From: Octopus sinensis
Taxonomy: Eukaryota
Direction: 5' to 3'
DNA: 48,318 bases
NCBI RefSeq assembly: GCF_006345805.1
Contig: NW_021834429.1
Coordinates: 1 to 48,318, forward strand
Below the pieces are notes generated by a model. The model did no database searches. It was given only the letters and a program-made list of their open reading frames with translations, and was not told the DNA's origin. This document shows positions 27,728 through 40,036 of this stretch, piece after piece. A program made the position numbers and the translations under genes. Numbering within the stretch: position 1 is the stretch's first letter; the number at the start of each line of letters is the position of its first letter.

Positions 27728-27878
27728 TACGACAGGCTTCTTTCAGTTTCCGTCTACCAAATCCACTCACAAGGCATTGGTCGGCCCGGGGCTATAGCAG
27801 AAGACATTTGCCCAAGATGCCACGCAATGGCACTGAACGCGGAACCATGTGTACTTACCACACAGCCACTCCTGCGCC
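27425..27878 (-). mobile_element. SINE family A, full length
   Basis: Reverse complement of 41003-41413. Confidence 0.9.
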
Positions 27879-28251
27879 TAGAAAGAATCCTAAAAGGAAT
27901 TGATATCAAACTTAACGATGGACCTAAATGATAGCAATAGCGATAGGAAATAAGGATTGGTTCCAATAATCGATAGAAAAAAGAACTAAAGGAAGAGAAG
28001 AGACCCGAACTACTAAATCCCAGATTTTCCTACCCGAAAGCATTAGCCAGTGGGCCATAGATTCCGCTATACTTTTACTATTAATAAATATTTCATCTTG
28101 TTTTCTGTAGGTTATTTCACTGTCTGCCTCAGAGAAGTTCCAGTCCATCTGGTGCCGATCTGCAATACATATTTTATTGATAATATTTCAGCTATGATCT
28201 AATAGGATGTATTTTCGGTTGAATATTTCATGATATGTCCAGTCTTACTTA

Positions 28252-28334
28252 AATACCACAAACAAGCACATATATAATACAATACCACAAACAAGCACAT
28301 ATATAATACAATACCACAAACAAGCATATATATA
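28252..28334 (+). repeat. 29-bp tandem repeat, about 2.8 copies
   Basis: aataccacaaacaagcacatatataatac units. Confidence 0.9.
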
Positions 28335-28617
28335 TATATTGTAACAATCTAGACAGCTCCGTCCACTCCAAAATGGAAAAAAAAAGAAGCCTGCTATCTG
28401 TAGCAAACAAAGAGTCAGACAAAGAAAAACAAAAATAAATAATAAACCATGCAAAAATAAACTATGTTAGTATTTACTCAAATTAGATATGTCCAAATGT
28501 AAGCATATCAATTTGGATGATTAAATGAATTCATTATACGCAGTCATGGATATCTGGTCTGTGTATAATGTATACATGTTTGGAAATGTGTCTGTGGATG
28601 CTTGTGTGTGTGTGTGT

Positions 28618-28658
<41 letters not shown>

Positions 28659-28737
28659 CAAGTGTGGTTGTGTGCGTGTATTTCTGTATGATATATATTT
28701 ATAAATGAATATATGTACTAATGTATAAGTGTGTGTA

Positions 28738-28776
<39 letters not shown>

Positions 28777-28836
28777 TATATATACATACATACATATGTA
28801 TACACACACATATATATATATATTATATATATATAT

Positions 28837-28874
<38 letters not shown>

Positions 28875-29019
28875 CTTTGGAAGTTTATCGAATGGCTAAA
28901 GCTCCTTTGGACGTACAGGAACACACTCGGAAACGGTGTTATATCCCGGTAATAGTAAGATATGCATACATATACTCAGACACATGTACACAGGCGTGGG
29001 TGAGCACAGATATATACTG

Positions 29020-29064
<45 letters not shown>

Positions 29065-29699
29065 TGAGAGAGATAGAGAGAGAGAGAGAGAGAGAAGAGA
29101 AAGAGAGAGAGAGAGCAATAAGAAAATGGAGGTGATCAATAGGTGGTTCATTAACTTTTAGACACTATATTATGTCAATTTATTTATTTATTTACTAAAA
29201 TGACAATTACAAGAATATACATGCCTATATATAACATATTATGCTTTACATATTAAATATATAAAGATACCAGTAATTATTAAAATATAACATACAGGAA
29301 TATAAATTGGATTTACTTATACGTCGCGGTTTAGTAGAGCTTCTGTTTACTAAATTCCATATGCAAAAGCATGGGTTAATCAGATATCTATGTTCTGTCA
29401 CAGTAATTTCGAAGTTGAAACGTGAAACCTTACTGTTTGCGAAGTAAATTTATTAAACATGCAGGTAGGAGTGCGCTTATAATGTGTATTTGCGCGTGTG
29501 TGTATAGGTATGTATATATTGGGCTGAGACAAAAAGTTCGTACCATTATTCTTTTGTTGGAGATTAAAGAAGTGATTTCGTTTTGTCCCGTCATAGAAGT
29601 ATGTGACATATGTACAGAAAGATTACATTTTAACATGTCTTTCAATTCGATTGTAGCGTACATAGTTTATTTTTACTGTTTTTACGAAAAAATAAAACG

Positions 29700-31115
29700 T
29701 GCAAGTAGAGGAAAATATGATACTTTTTGTTATTTGATCCCCTTTTATTTCTGGCAAGTTAAAAATGTAGATGTGTGGTAAGAAACTCGCTTCTCAACCA
29801 TGCAGTTCCGGGTTCAGTCCCACTGCGTATCACCACGGATAGGTGTCTTCTATTATATTCTCGGACAGACCAGAGCTTTGTGAGTGGATTTGGTAGACGG
29901 AAATTGAAAGAAACTAGTCGTACATATATATGTATATATTTATATGTGTGTGAGTCTTTGTGTATGCGTTTCTTCCACAACCATCCCCACTTTACAACTG
30001 ATGTTGATGTGCTTACGTTCCCGTAACTTAGCAATTCGGCAAGAGAAACCGATAGAATAACTACTAGGCTTTAAAAAATTAAGTACTGATGTCGAGTTTT
30101 TCGACTAAGGTATTTCAAGCCTATGTCCCAGCATGGCTGCAGTCCAATGACTGAAGCAAGTAACAGGTAAAAGATTAAAGAAACAGCCAAAAAGAAAGAA
30201 ATGTGCATCTCAGAGAGATGGTGCCATAACCGAGAGAACTGTTTGTAAGGGGTTTGCTAGGTCAGGTGTGAAATTTTTTCTCAGGGAGACCACGAATATT
30301 CCGACAGACCTAGAGTTGTTGACGTTGACCAAATCAAAATACTCATCAAAAATAAACCATGTTACACGACACGAGATATCACGGAGATATTCCACATATC
30401 TCATATAAAGCATTTAAAATCCCTTGATCACGTGAATTCCTGCGTTGATTCAGTACCTCATAATGTAACGGAAAATAATTCAGAGGACCGCGTTTTCTTC
30501 TGGAATTCTCTGCTCGAACGCTGCAAAACTCCCCATTTTTGAAAAGAAAAAAAAACGATCACTGGTGAGGGAAAATGGATTGTTTATTACAATGTGGAGC
30601 GAGAAAGCTCTTGAAGAAAACGAAAGAAATCATTTATAATCACTCCAAAAGCTGGTCAGTATCCGAAGATGGTAACACCCATCGTGTGAGACTGGAAGGG
30701 TACAGTGCATTACGACCTTCTTCAAAATTAGACATTAAGCTTAGACAATAATTGTTCCTTATTAGACATAAAGGAGGCAATCAATGAAAAACGTCAAAAA
30801 TTAGCCAACCGGAACGGTCTCGTCTTCTTTCAAGAAACGCTTGATGTCATGTTTCCTTACAGATTTGACAGAATTTGGTACAACTTGGTTGCGATATCCT
30901 ACAACACCCGTCGCGCTCACCTGACCCTGCACCTATGAATTATTTATCTGCAAAATTTTCTTAATAGGGAGAAAGTCAGTTCTTTGGAAGACTGTAAAAA
31001 CCATTTAAACAGTTCATGTCCCGCAAAGATGCAAATTTCTGGAGGATGGGATCATCAGGTTGGTTCAACATGGCGAAAGATAGTGGGACAAAATGGGTCA
31101 CATGTAGCTGGATAA
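29700..31115 (+). pseudogene. mariner transposase pseudogene (stops, frameshifts, SINE insertion)
   Basis: LIPFYF..KN N-terminus, SVPHNV at about 30450 (WVPHEL-like), ITGEGKWIVY at 30558 (TGDEKW-like), HPSRSPDPAP at 30905 (HPPYSPDLAP-like), WRKIVGQNG C-terminus. Confidence 0.9.
29771..30180 (+). mobile_element. SINE family A nested in the mariner
   Basis: tgtgtggtaag..gggttcagtcccactgcg..aatgactgaag. Confidence 0.88.
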
Positions 31116-31178
31116 AGATATGTAAAAGAATGTAAATATTGTTTTTTAAGTTTATTTTTTTAAATGGTACGACTTTTT

Positions 31179-31576
31179 GTGGCACGTAAAAAGCACCATT
31201 CGAGCGTGATCGTTACCAGCGTCGCCTTACTAGCACTTGCGCCGGTGGCACGTGAAAAACATTTGAGCGAGGTCGTTGCCAGTGCCACTGGACTGGCTCC
31301 TGTGCAGGTGGCACGTAAAAAAAACACCAGTTGAGCGTGATCGTTACCAGTACCGCCTGACTGGCTCTCGTGCCGGTGGCACGTAAAAGCACCCACAACT
31401 CTCTCGGAGTGGTTGGCGTTAGGAAGGCATTCCAGCTGTAGAAACTCTGCCAGATCAAGATTGGAGCCTGGTACAGCCATCTGCTTTGCCAGTCCTCAGT
31501 CAAATCGTCCAACCCATGCTAGCATGGAAAGCGGACGTTAAACGATGATGAATATGATGATGATGATGATGATGAT
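31179..31576 (+). mobile_element. 5'-truncated retroposon 3' end with ~65-bp tandem units and (GAT)n tail, RTE-type
   Basis: gtggcacgt(a/g)aaa recurs at 31179, 31245, 31308 and 31376. tggttggcgttaggaagg..ccagctgtagaaac is followed by (GAT)n. Confidence 0.7.
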
Positions 31577-31595
31577 ATATATATATATATATATA

Positions 31596-31651
<56 letters not shown>

Positions 31652-32265
31652 TATATATATTGTATATATATTTATGGTTTATTTATGTACATATATATAT
31701 GTGGTGTGTGTGTGTGCGTGTGTGTGAAAATATGGATTGTATGTATACAAGTATGTATGATTGTATGTATACATGTATGTACGTATGCGTATAAATATAG
31801 TGAAGCATTAGGTAGTAAAACACACAAGCATCCATTTAGACGGAAGAAAAAGGAAACCCATTGTATGTTAAACTGCTTTTATTGTGAGCTCTTAATGTCT
31901 GTTAACTCTTAATGTCTTATTACTAAGCCAATCTAAATCTGCCGTTTACATATTTTATAATCTGGTAGATAGTATTTATATGTTTATGTTCTTTAGTGAA
32001 GCAGCTAACAGAGTTTTTTTGAATATTGGTTTAACTGTGAGTGTGGGCGGGGGGAGGGGTGGTGCATTTAATTTTATTAAAACTGAAAATTTGTTGTCTT
32101 GCCACTCAAGTTTAATGACACCGCTGTGACGTTCCTGTCCAAGTACTGGCAACAGGTATTGATCACTCCAGTCTCATTCGTTCGACAGAAATTAACGTAC
32201 GTGTGTGTGTGTATAAGCATACATACATATGCATACACATATATGTATATATACATATATCTCAT

Positions 32266-32559
32266 CTCGACCAGGCTATCAGATGTTGCTACACATCTCT
32301 TGTCACAATGCGCTTCGCATTGTTTTAGTCTTCAAATGACGCCACCCCGCTGGTTAAGCGAGCAGGCCAACAGAAGAAAGAGTGGGAGAAAGCTGTGGCG
32401 AAAGAGTACAGCAGGGATCTCCACCACCCCCTGCCGGAGGCTCGTGGAGCTTTGGGTGTTTTCGCTCAATAAACACTCACAACGCCCGGTCTGGGAATCG
32501 AAACCGCGATCCTACGACCGCGAGTCCGTTGCCCTAACCACTGGGTCATTGCGCCTCCA
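32266..32559 (-). mobile_element. SINE family R, tail type 2
   Basis: Same head and body as 25413-25703 with an unrelated 3' tail. Confidence 0.88.
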
Positions 32560-32580
32560 CACACACACACACACACACAT

Positions 32581-32612
<32 letters not shown>

Positions 32613-32637
32613 CAACGCGCACACATAGAGACACATA

Positions 32638-32961
32638 TTAGCTGAATTACCCGGCGTTGCCCGAGTTACTGCTGTTCTTTTTTTGATTAGTAAGCAATAA
32701 ATATGAAAAAATATGTTTTAATCATAATCATTTCAAAATATCTATATTTTATTTTTAAAATCTCCAAACTGTAATGATAATAGGATTTAGAACTGAAAAT
32801 TTGTCAATCTTAAAGCACCCCAGGTTAAACAATATTCATTGTGTAATTTTATGTTTGTATCCAAATCAATAAATTGTTGCTGCTTCCAACTCAGGAGAAG
32901 CATGTGGTAGAGAGATGAAATCCAATAATCTTGAGGGAGTGACCCTGAAATTTGTTAATTA

Positions 32962-32992
<31 letters not shown>

Positions 32993-33641
32993 ATATACCA
33001 AAACTTAGTTTGACTGAGAATTGAAGTTTCTTAAATTCAAATGGAATACCTGTTGGTAATTTTGGAAATTTTGGAATAGGCACATACACACTCATATACA
33101 AAGTGTATCGTCTTCGTCGTATAAAATGTCCTTTGCTATGTCGTATGTACGAACTCGCAAACACGCACACGCTCACAGACGCATACACACTCATACACAA
33201 AACGCGTCGTCGTCGTAGTGTTATAAAATGTCCTTTACTATCTCGTACGTAAGGAAGGAGCAAACACACACACACACACACAAACACATATACATTCATA
33301 TACAAAATGTGTCGTCTTCGTGGAATAAAATGTCCTTTACTATGTCGTACGTAACGAACGCGCAAACACACACACACACATAATCAGAGGCACATAAACA
33401 AAATATGACGTCATCGTCGTCGCCGTTGACGTAAAAATGTCTTTTACTATAGATGACTATAGAAAGATTATTTTAGATAAAATGTTATGTTGTTTTAATC
33501 CAAATGAAAAAAAATTACATGTTGACACTCTAATACTATTATTTCGTAAAGTTTGATTTGATTTGGTGGAGCTGTTTGAGAATGCATAGGGAACAGACAG
33601 ACAGACAGACAGACAAACAGAATTTTACATATAAATATTGA
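32638..33641 (-). mobile_element. Non-autonomous Helitron-like element, possibly two nested
   Basis: 3' hairpin actcgggcaacgccgggt and CTAA|T at 32638. Candidate A|TC 5' ends at 33453 and 33641, the latter followed by (GTCT)n. Confidence 0.65.
33080..33453. repeat. ~103-bp tandem array, about 4 copies
   Basis: aaaatgtc(c/t)ttt(a/g)ctat at about 33123, 33225, 33327 and 33434. Confidence 0.85.
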
Positions 33642-33695
33642 TAGATACATAGATATACATTGAAAGCGTGACAGACAAGCAGACAAACAGACAAC

Positions 33696-33776
<81 letters not shown>

Positions 33777-33805
33777 TGATAGATAGATTGATAGATAGAT
33801 AGATT

Positions 33806-33845
<40 letters not shown>

Positions 33846-34052
33846 TGATTTTTTATTAGCCACACAGGGCTGCACACAGACGGGACAAATTACAAGGTAG
33901 AGCTTTTCTTTCGGGGGATAAAAAAAGGGGGCTTGGTTTTCGATCAAAAGGGATCGTAAAAGGAAAGTAAGAGGAAAGCAAAAAAAAAGGGAGGGTGGAA
34001 TAAAAGGAAAAAGAAAAAAAATCTATCAACAGGGATCGTTAGATAGATAGAT

Positions 34053-34139
<87 letters not shown>

Positions 34140-34140
34140 T
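33696..34140. repeat. (GATA)n microsatellite interrupted by an insert
   Basis: Directly visible. Confidence 0.95.
33846..34039 (-). mobile_element. Pyrimidine-rich retroposon 3' end (AATAAA-terminated) inserted in (GATA)n
   Basis: Minus strand ends gccctgtgtggctAATAAAaaatcat with (GATA)n on both sides. Confidence 0.55.
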
Positions 34141-35930
34141 ATAAATGTATTTTATTGAAGCTGAAAGATCTTCACCCATCATTATATAGAGGTTCACGTA
34201 GCCGATCATCAAACAGATGATGCGAAATGATAAGTTATGTGAAACTCTGGGTAACAGTTTGTGAATCTTTGCCGCTTAAGCAAAAAACTATATTTTACCG
34301 TTCTTTTGGCATTCAAATATTATTCCCTTTTGCACCTACGTTCCTACATGTATATAATTGTGTATGTATGCGTTTATGTACGTATCTATGTGTACATGTG
34401 TCTGAGTTGTATTAAGTTATATCTGATCGAGGAGAGCAGCCCCTATATTTTGAAGGATAGAGGACTGCATTATATTAATTTTAGTACTTGTAAGCTTGAC
34501 GGCTGGGTGAACGGAGAAAAGCTATTCTGTGAATTTTATGACAGTATACATGAATAAGATTATAATTTTGTCATATTTTATTTTATTTATTAGATTACGC
34601 CTTTTTATCATTTATTTAATAGATCTTAGAGTTCAGGGCGATGGATATCTGGAATTTGCAATACTGGTCTCGAAAAGCAAAAGGCTTTCGGTCAGATCTC
34701 GCTTACATTCTAATTTATTTAGTGCAGTCAATCAAAAGGATACTTAGAACGTTGGGGAAATCCTTGTGATGTTTACTTGTGTTTTCTTGCATTCTGAGTT
34801 CAAATCACACCGGAATCAATTTCATTCATCTTTCTGATGAATAAAATAAAATAAAGAAGCATTGGAACATTGGATATAATGCCTTGTGGTATTTGTTTCA
34901 ATTGTTTTTATTCAGAACTTATATCCCACCGTGGTTAGCTTTTCCTTTCATCGTTTTCAGGGATCACGAAAATAAAGTCCTAGTTAAATACTTGATTCGC
35001 TATAAGCGATTGCCCCTCTCCTCCAAGTTTCTAATCATTTGCCTCTCTTGGAAACAATAAGACGTAAGCAGTTTTGAGTATTGGTCTTGTGAAGCAGCAT
35101 TCGATAGTTCGAATCTCTTTTCTTCAATCAGTCATTCAAACACATTTACTGTAGAGAATTAGAAGAAAAGTTGGACGGTGGAGAAAATCCTTGGGGTCCT
35201 TCATTATGGTCCCTTACATTTTGATTTGAAATGGTGCCATGATCAACATTGTCGTTCTTCTTTCTAGGGTCGATAAAGTAAAGTACCAGTCACATACTCT
35301 CATGGATATCATCGATCAATCTCTACCTGAAATTTCTAACCCTGTGCTTAAGCTAGAAGTGATAAAGTTATCAGCTCAGCAGGTTTGGAAACTGGTCACG
35401 CAAGCCAGCAATCGTGATTTCGAACTTCTTTTACTGATGTTCTTATTTAGTTGGAATGAAGAATTTGGTGAATCCTGTAAGCATCGGGAAAAATGCAGCA
35501 GTGATTTAGCGGTAGATATAGTACACAACTGAGAATATGAACAGGATTATGTGCACAGATTTTCTCTCTGTATGTAGATGTGTGGGTCGTTGTATGAATA
35601 AGCGTATGCAAATTGTGTGTGTGTGGTGTGTGTGTGTGTGTACATTTATATCGAGAGAAAGTAAGAGATGTGTGTATAAATGTGTATGTCTACGTACACA
35701 CATATACACACATACACACACATAAACACATACACACATATGTATATATATATATAATGCAAACTTGTGCGCGTGTGAATGAATGTATGTATGTTCATGC
35801 ACATTGGTATAACATTAGATTAAGAGAGTACGTGAAAAGCATTAAACTGTTGAGTATAGACTAAGTGTACATAAACATTGATATACGGTGTATGTGCGTG
35901 CGTGTGTGTGTGTGTGTGCGTATGCGCGCG

Positions 35931-36050
35931 AGTGGGTACCTGTCTCGATTTATCTGTCTCAGACAGATAACGTCTATTTGACTCTATCAGTGGCAGGAGT
36001 AATTTACCTGGAGACGGCCCCCAGCGATAAAATTAAAGCACTCTGTGGAA
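35931..36050 (+). repeat. ~120-bp repeat with internal hairpin ttatctgtc-tca-gacagataa
   Basis: Homologous to the reverse complement of 39011-39130. Confidence 0.8.
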
Positions 36051-36498
36051 TAGTTTGTGCTTTTCAACGAAGAATTCGTATGTGTACACGCACGCACCCC
36101 CACCACATATATGCTCACACACACACACACATACACACACACACACATATACACGCGTGCACACAGACACACACACATACACACACACTCAAGAACAGAC
36201 ACAAGCATTCGTGTATATATCCGGGTGTCTTCTATTTTGTCATTGATATATTGGCATATATCTATCTGCCTATCTCTCTCTATATATATATATATAGTGT
36301 GTGTGTGTGTGTGTGTGTGTATACAGACACATATATCTTGTATATATATATATGTATATATATATAGTATATATATATATACGTATATATATGTATATAT
36401 ATATATTTATGCATATATATGTGTATATATGGATATGTATATGTATATATCTTTATATATGTATGTACATGTAAATATGTTATACATGTATATATACA

Positions 36499-36540
<42 letters not shown>

Positions 36541-36541
36541 G

Positions 36542-36617
<76 letters not shown>

Positions 36618-36914
36618 TATACGTAGATATGGATATGTGTATGTGTGTGTGTTTGTGTACGGGAAACAGGAAGATATCCCGTTCTATCCTTCATAGATAA
36701 GTAGATGTTGTCCAAAGATTTACTCGAAACTCATGTGAAAGAAAATTCAAAAGTAGTCTTCCACGGCTGTTTCAGAAATTCGATGAGAGAATGATCCAGC
36801 GATGTGCATAGAGCATAAACAAGTATATATTAAATTATGAAATACGCATTAGATTAAAAATAAATATGAAATAAGTCGCTATACTTGTAATGAAACATAC
36901 TGGGACGAATCGAT

Positions 36915-38295
36915 TCGTGTCAGTCTATGACTATATACAAGCTGTGAACCATTTACTGGGATGCTCTGGCGATGTATGCGTAAGATTGAATTCAGTTATG
37001 GATCAAAAGCAACGCTGGTGTTGTAAACATTCCCCGTTTCGATTTAGGGATCTAATGGTGATAATTCACAGAAATGGTAAAATATCGGTGTCCATCACTC
37101 CTGAAATTAATTGGAGGAGCGTTTGTCTGTCCTTGTCTATGACTTTCATGTGTTTTAACACCCAGCATCATGAGGTAGGGTGCCGTCGCCATCGCGCTAT
37201 GCGAATCACCCGGATAGCAAGCAAAATACGTACGTTAAGCATGTGCGGTCGATAAATGTGTGTATGTGTTCGCGCGTGCATGCAAGCAGGGCATAATGTG
37301 CTTGCTTCAAATAAAGACCTGCTCAAATTATTGTTGGTCAAGAACCAATATGGCAATCTTTTCTTCAGCACCATGCTACCTGTGCTCTTTATACTCTAAT
37401 TAACCGTGGTTTACTATGAGTCGGACGAAAAGAGACTGGTTACAATGCATAAAGGCATAGATTCATTTTAGGTATATCTGTGCGGACTGAAACGATGTGA
37501 TTCAAGAATGAAGTGGAGAGTCATGTGATCTTGCAAATACCTATTTCTTTACTGCCCACAAGGGGCTACACACAGAGGGGACAAACAAGGACAAGCAAAC
37601 GGATTAAGTCGATTATAACGACCCCAGTGCGTAACTGGTACTTAATTTTATCGACCCCGAAAGGATGAAAGGCAAAGTCGACATCAGCGGAATTTGAACT
37701 CAGAACGTAGCTGCAGACGAATTACCAATTTCTTTACTACCCACAAGGGGCTAAACACAGAGCGGACAAACAAGGACAGACAAACGGATTAAGTCGATTA
37801 TATCGACCCCAGTGCATAACTGGTACTTAATTTTATCGACCCCGAAAGGATGAAAGGCAACGTCCACCTCGGCGGAATTTGAATTCAGAACGTAACGGCA
37901 GACGAAATACCTATTTCTTTATTACCCACAAGGGGCTAACCACAGAGGGGACAAACAAGGACAGACATAGGTATTAAGTCGATTACATCGACCCCAGTGC
38001 GTAACTGGTACTTAATTTATCGACCGCGAAAGGATGAAAGGCAAAGTCCACCTCGGCGGAATTTGAATTCAGAACGTAGCAGCAGACGAAATACCGTTAA
38101 GCATTTCGCCCGGCGTGCTAACGATTCTGCCAACTCACCGCCTTGCAAATACCGTTGGTATAATTTCTGCAAAGTAAGACACGTTAAAGGGTTCACAGAC
38201 AGGTGAACCCGTACTGCCGTCGAATGGTATCCAAAAGATCGTAATAAGTGCTTTAGAAGACATGAAATAGGATGGGAATCGGACATTGTCAAAGA
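36915..38295 (+). pseudogene. Decayed RTE-clade LINE reverse transcriptase/C-terminal relic
   Basis: DYIQAVNHLL (RT N-part), NLFFSTMLPVL at 37355, LGISVR, EWYPKDR..WESDI at 38222. All resemble RTE ORF motifs in the correct order. Confidence 0.6.
37542..38143 (-). mobile_element. SINE family C with one head and three tandem ~185-bp bodies
   Basis: TSD cttgcaaatacc at 37530-37541 and 38142-38153. Confidence 0.92.
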
Positions 38296-38481
38296 TTTCC
38301 GTCTCCAATGAAGTTTAAGGTTATTTTATAGTTTGGTCGAATAAAGGCACCCACCCGTCTACCTGTCAGTCTTTATCCCCCACCCTCTCTTCCTCTCTCA
38401 CATACACTCTCTGAATCAAAATGCAAAGAAACTTACATCTGAAGAGGATTTCATCCGTGTCACATAGGTAACTGACATTCT

Positions 38482-38680
38482 GTCGGTTACGACGACGAGG
38501 TTTCTAGTTGATCCGATCCACGGAACAACCTGCTCGTGAAATTAAGAAGCAAGTGGCTGAGTGTTCCACAGACACGCATGCCATTAACGTAATTACCAGG
38601 GAGATTAAGCGTGACCCAGAATATGACAAGACCGACCCTTTGAATACCACGTACAACTCACTTTTACCAGCTGAGTGGAC
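38482..38680 (-). mobile_element. CORE-like SINE family D, 3' part
   Basis: Homologous to 39318-39503. Confidence 0.7.
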
Positions 38681-38682
38681 GG

Positions 38683-38855
38683 TGTTCGCGTGTTTAGGTT
38701 TCCGTAACTTAGCCTTTCGTCAAAAGCGACCGACAGAATTAATACCAGGCTTGAAAATAAGTATTGGAGTCGATTCGTTCGATTAAAATTCTTCATATCA
38801 GTACTCCAGCTTGGCCGCAGCTTAATGATTGAACCAAATAAAAGAATAAAAAGAA
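38683..38855 (+). mobile_element. SINE family A, 3' part
   Basis: cgtaacttag..ggccgcag..aatgattgaac..aaaagaataaaagaat. Confidence 0.75.
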
Positions 38856-38916
38856 TGCCTATGTGTATGTGTGTGTGTGCGTATATGTGTGTGCATGTGT
38901 GTGTGTGTGTGTGTGT

Positions 38917-38949
<33 letters not shown>

Positions 38950-39010
38950 ATATGTGTGTGTGTGTGCGTGCGTGCGTACATTCAAATTTCAAATTGAAAA
39001 TTTCAGACCA

Positions 39011-39130
39011 ATCCACAGAGTGGTATAATTGTATCGCTGGGGGCAATCTGCAGGTAAATTACCCCTGCTAGGTGTAGATTCAGACAGGCATTATCTGTCT
39101 GTGACAGATAAAGTTTGACAGGTAAACGCT
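39011..39130 (-). repeat. Second, inverted copy of the 35931-36050 repeat
   Basis: Shares tttacctg.agat/cgcccccagcgata and the hairpin. Confidence 0.8.
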
Positions 39131-39317
39131 TGCGCGCGTGCGCACGCATATACACACACACATACACACACATTCACACACACACACACACATCCACACA
39201 CACACACATGCACGCTAGTTTTAGTTGGTTGATATACATAAACATGGCCACATAATCTCCCCTACAATCATCTGGGTATTGCTCTAAGGTTTTATTCTAA
39301 TTCATTGACTGGTCCTC

Positions 39318-39503
39318 CGTCGCTTACGACGGTGAGGGTTCCATTGATCTGATAAAACGGAACAAGCTGTTCGTAAAATTAACCGCGTACCCTTAACATA
39401 GATATCAAGGAGATGCAGTGTGACACGGTGTAACAGATTCAACTCACTTTTGCCACCCGAGTGGACTGGAGCAACGTGAAAAGAAGTGTCTTGCTTAAGG
39501 ACA
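39318..39503 (-). mobile_element. CORE-like SINE family D
   Basis: Minus strand tgtccttaagcaagacacttcttttcacgttgctccagtccac resembles the CORE domain. Confidence 0.7.
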
Positions 39504-40036
39504 AATTAATGTCCATATCTGACACTAAATTTGTATGCTTAAAGTGATATACCCTTTATGATACACCTCTTGAAAACTTCGCAAAATATGGCCTAAAATT
39601 ACATCCGAAGATGTCACTTGATCGAGGTATGAAGCGCAAATTGATCAATATAATAATTACTGATCCGTTTTGCTAAGATAGGTGGATTAACTTATTATCC
39701 TTTAAAAAAATCCCTTGGAAAGCCAACTTCCAAACTCACTAACGGTCATGTTGTTTGTTGCTCAATAAACGTTTGTGAAATATCAACACCAACGTCCATG
39801 CTCTTTTTGTTTAATTCTTTCTTTATTGGTAACAGAGTTAATTTATTTCTATAAGCCACGTCTAATCAACTAGAAGTAATTAGTCATTGTCACTTGCAGT
39901 GCAACTTACTAAACTGAAACGTAAGAACACATGGGATAATGTAGTCCTTGATAACCCATGTCAGAAAAAAATGTCGGAATGTCATGGTTAAAACAACTTT
40001 GGGCTTCAACTAACCTGCAGTTAAACTACAATAACA

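Larger units (their letters stand above)
29519..31180 (+). mobile_element. Full-length decayed mariner DNA transposon (about 1.25 kb without the nested SINE)
   Basis: TA then left TIR ttgggctgagacaaaaagttcgtaccatt (29519-29547). Right TIR remnant aatggtacgactttttgt (31163-31180). Transposase motifs lie between. Confidence 0.9.

Noticed and set aside
28034-28159. Further candidate minus-strand exon (MDWNFSEADSE..)
   Set aside because: The acceptor is weak and its phase does not fit the next candidate exon.
31179-31395. Regularly spaced gtggcacgtaaaa repeats as a CRISPR-like array
   Set aside because: The spacers are homologous to each other, the context is eukaryotic and there are no cas genes. 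It is a tandem repeat in a retroposon tail.
33080-33453. Repeat-spacer appearance
   Set aside because: Whole units are homologous, so it is an ordinary tandem array.
36686-36745. Hammerhead-like stems before GAAAC
   Set aside because: The core differs at three positions and there is no NUH triplet.
38433-38472. CTGAAGA followed by a GGAT/ATCC hairpin
   Set aside because: There is no GAAA after stem II.
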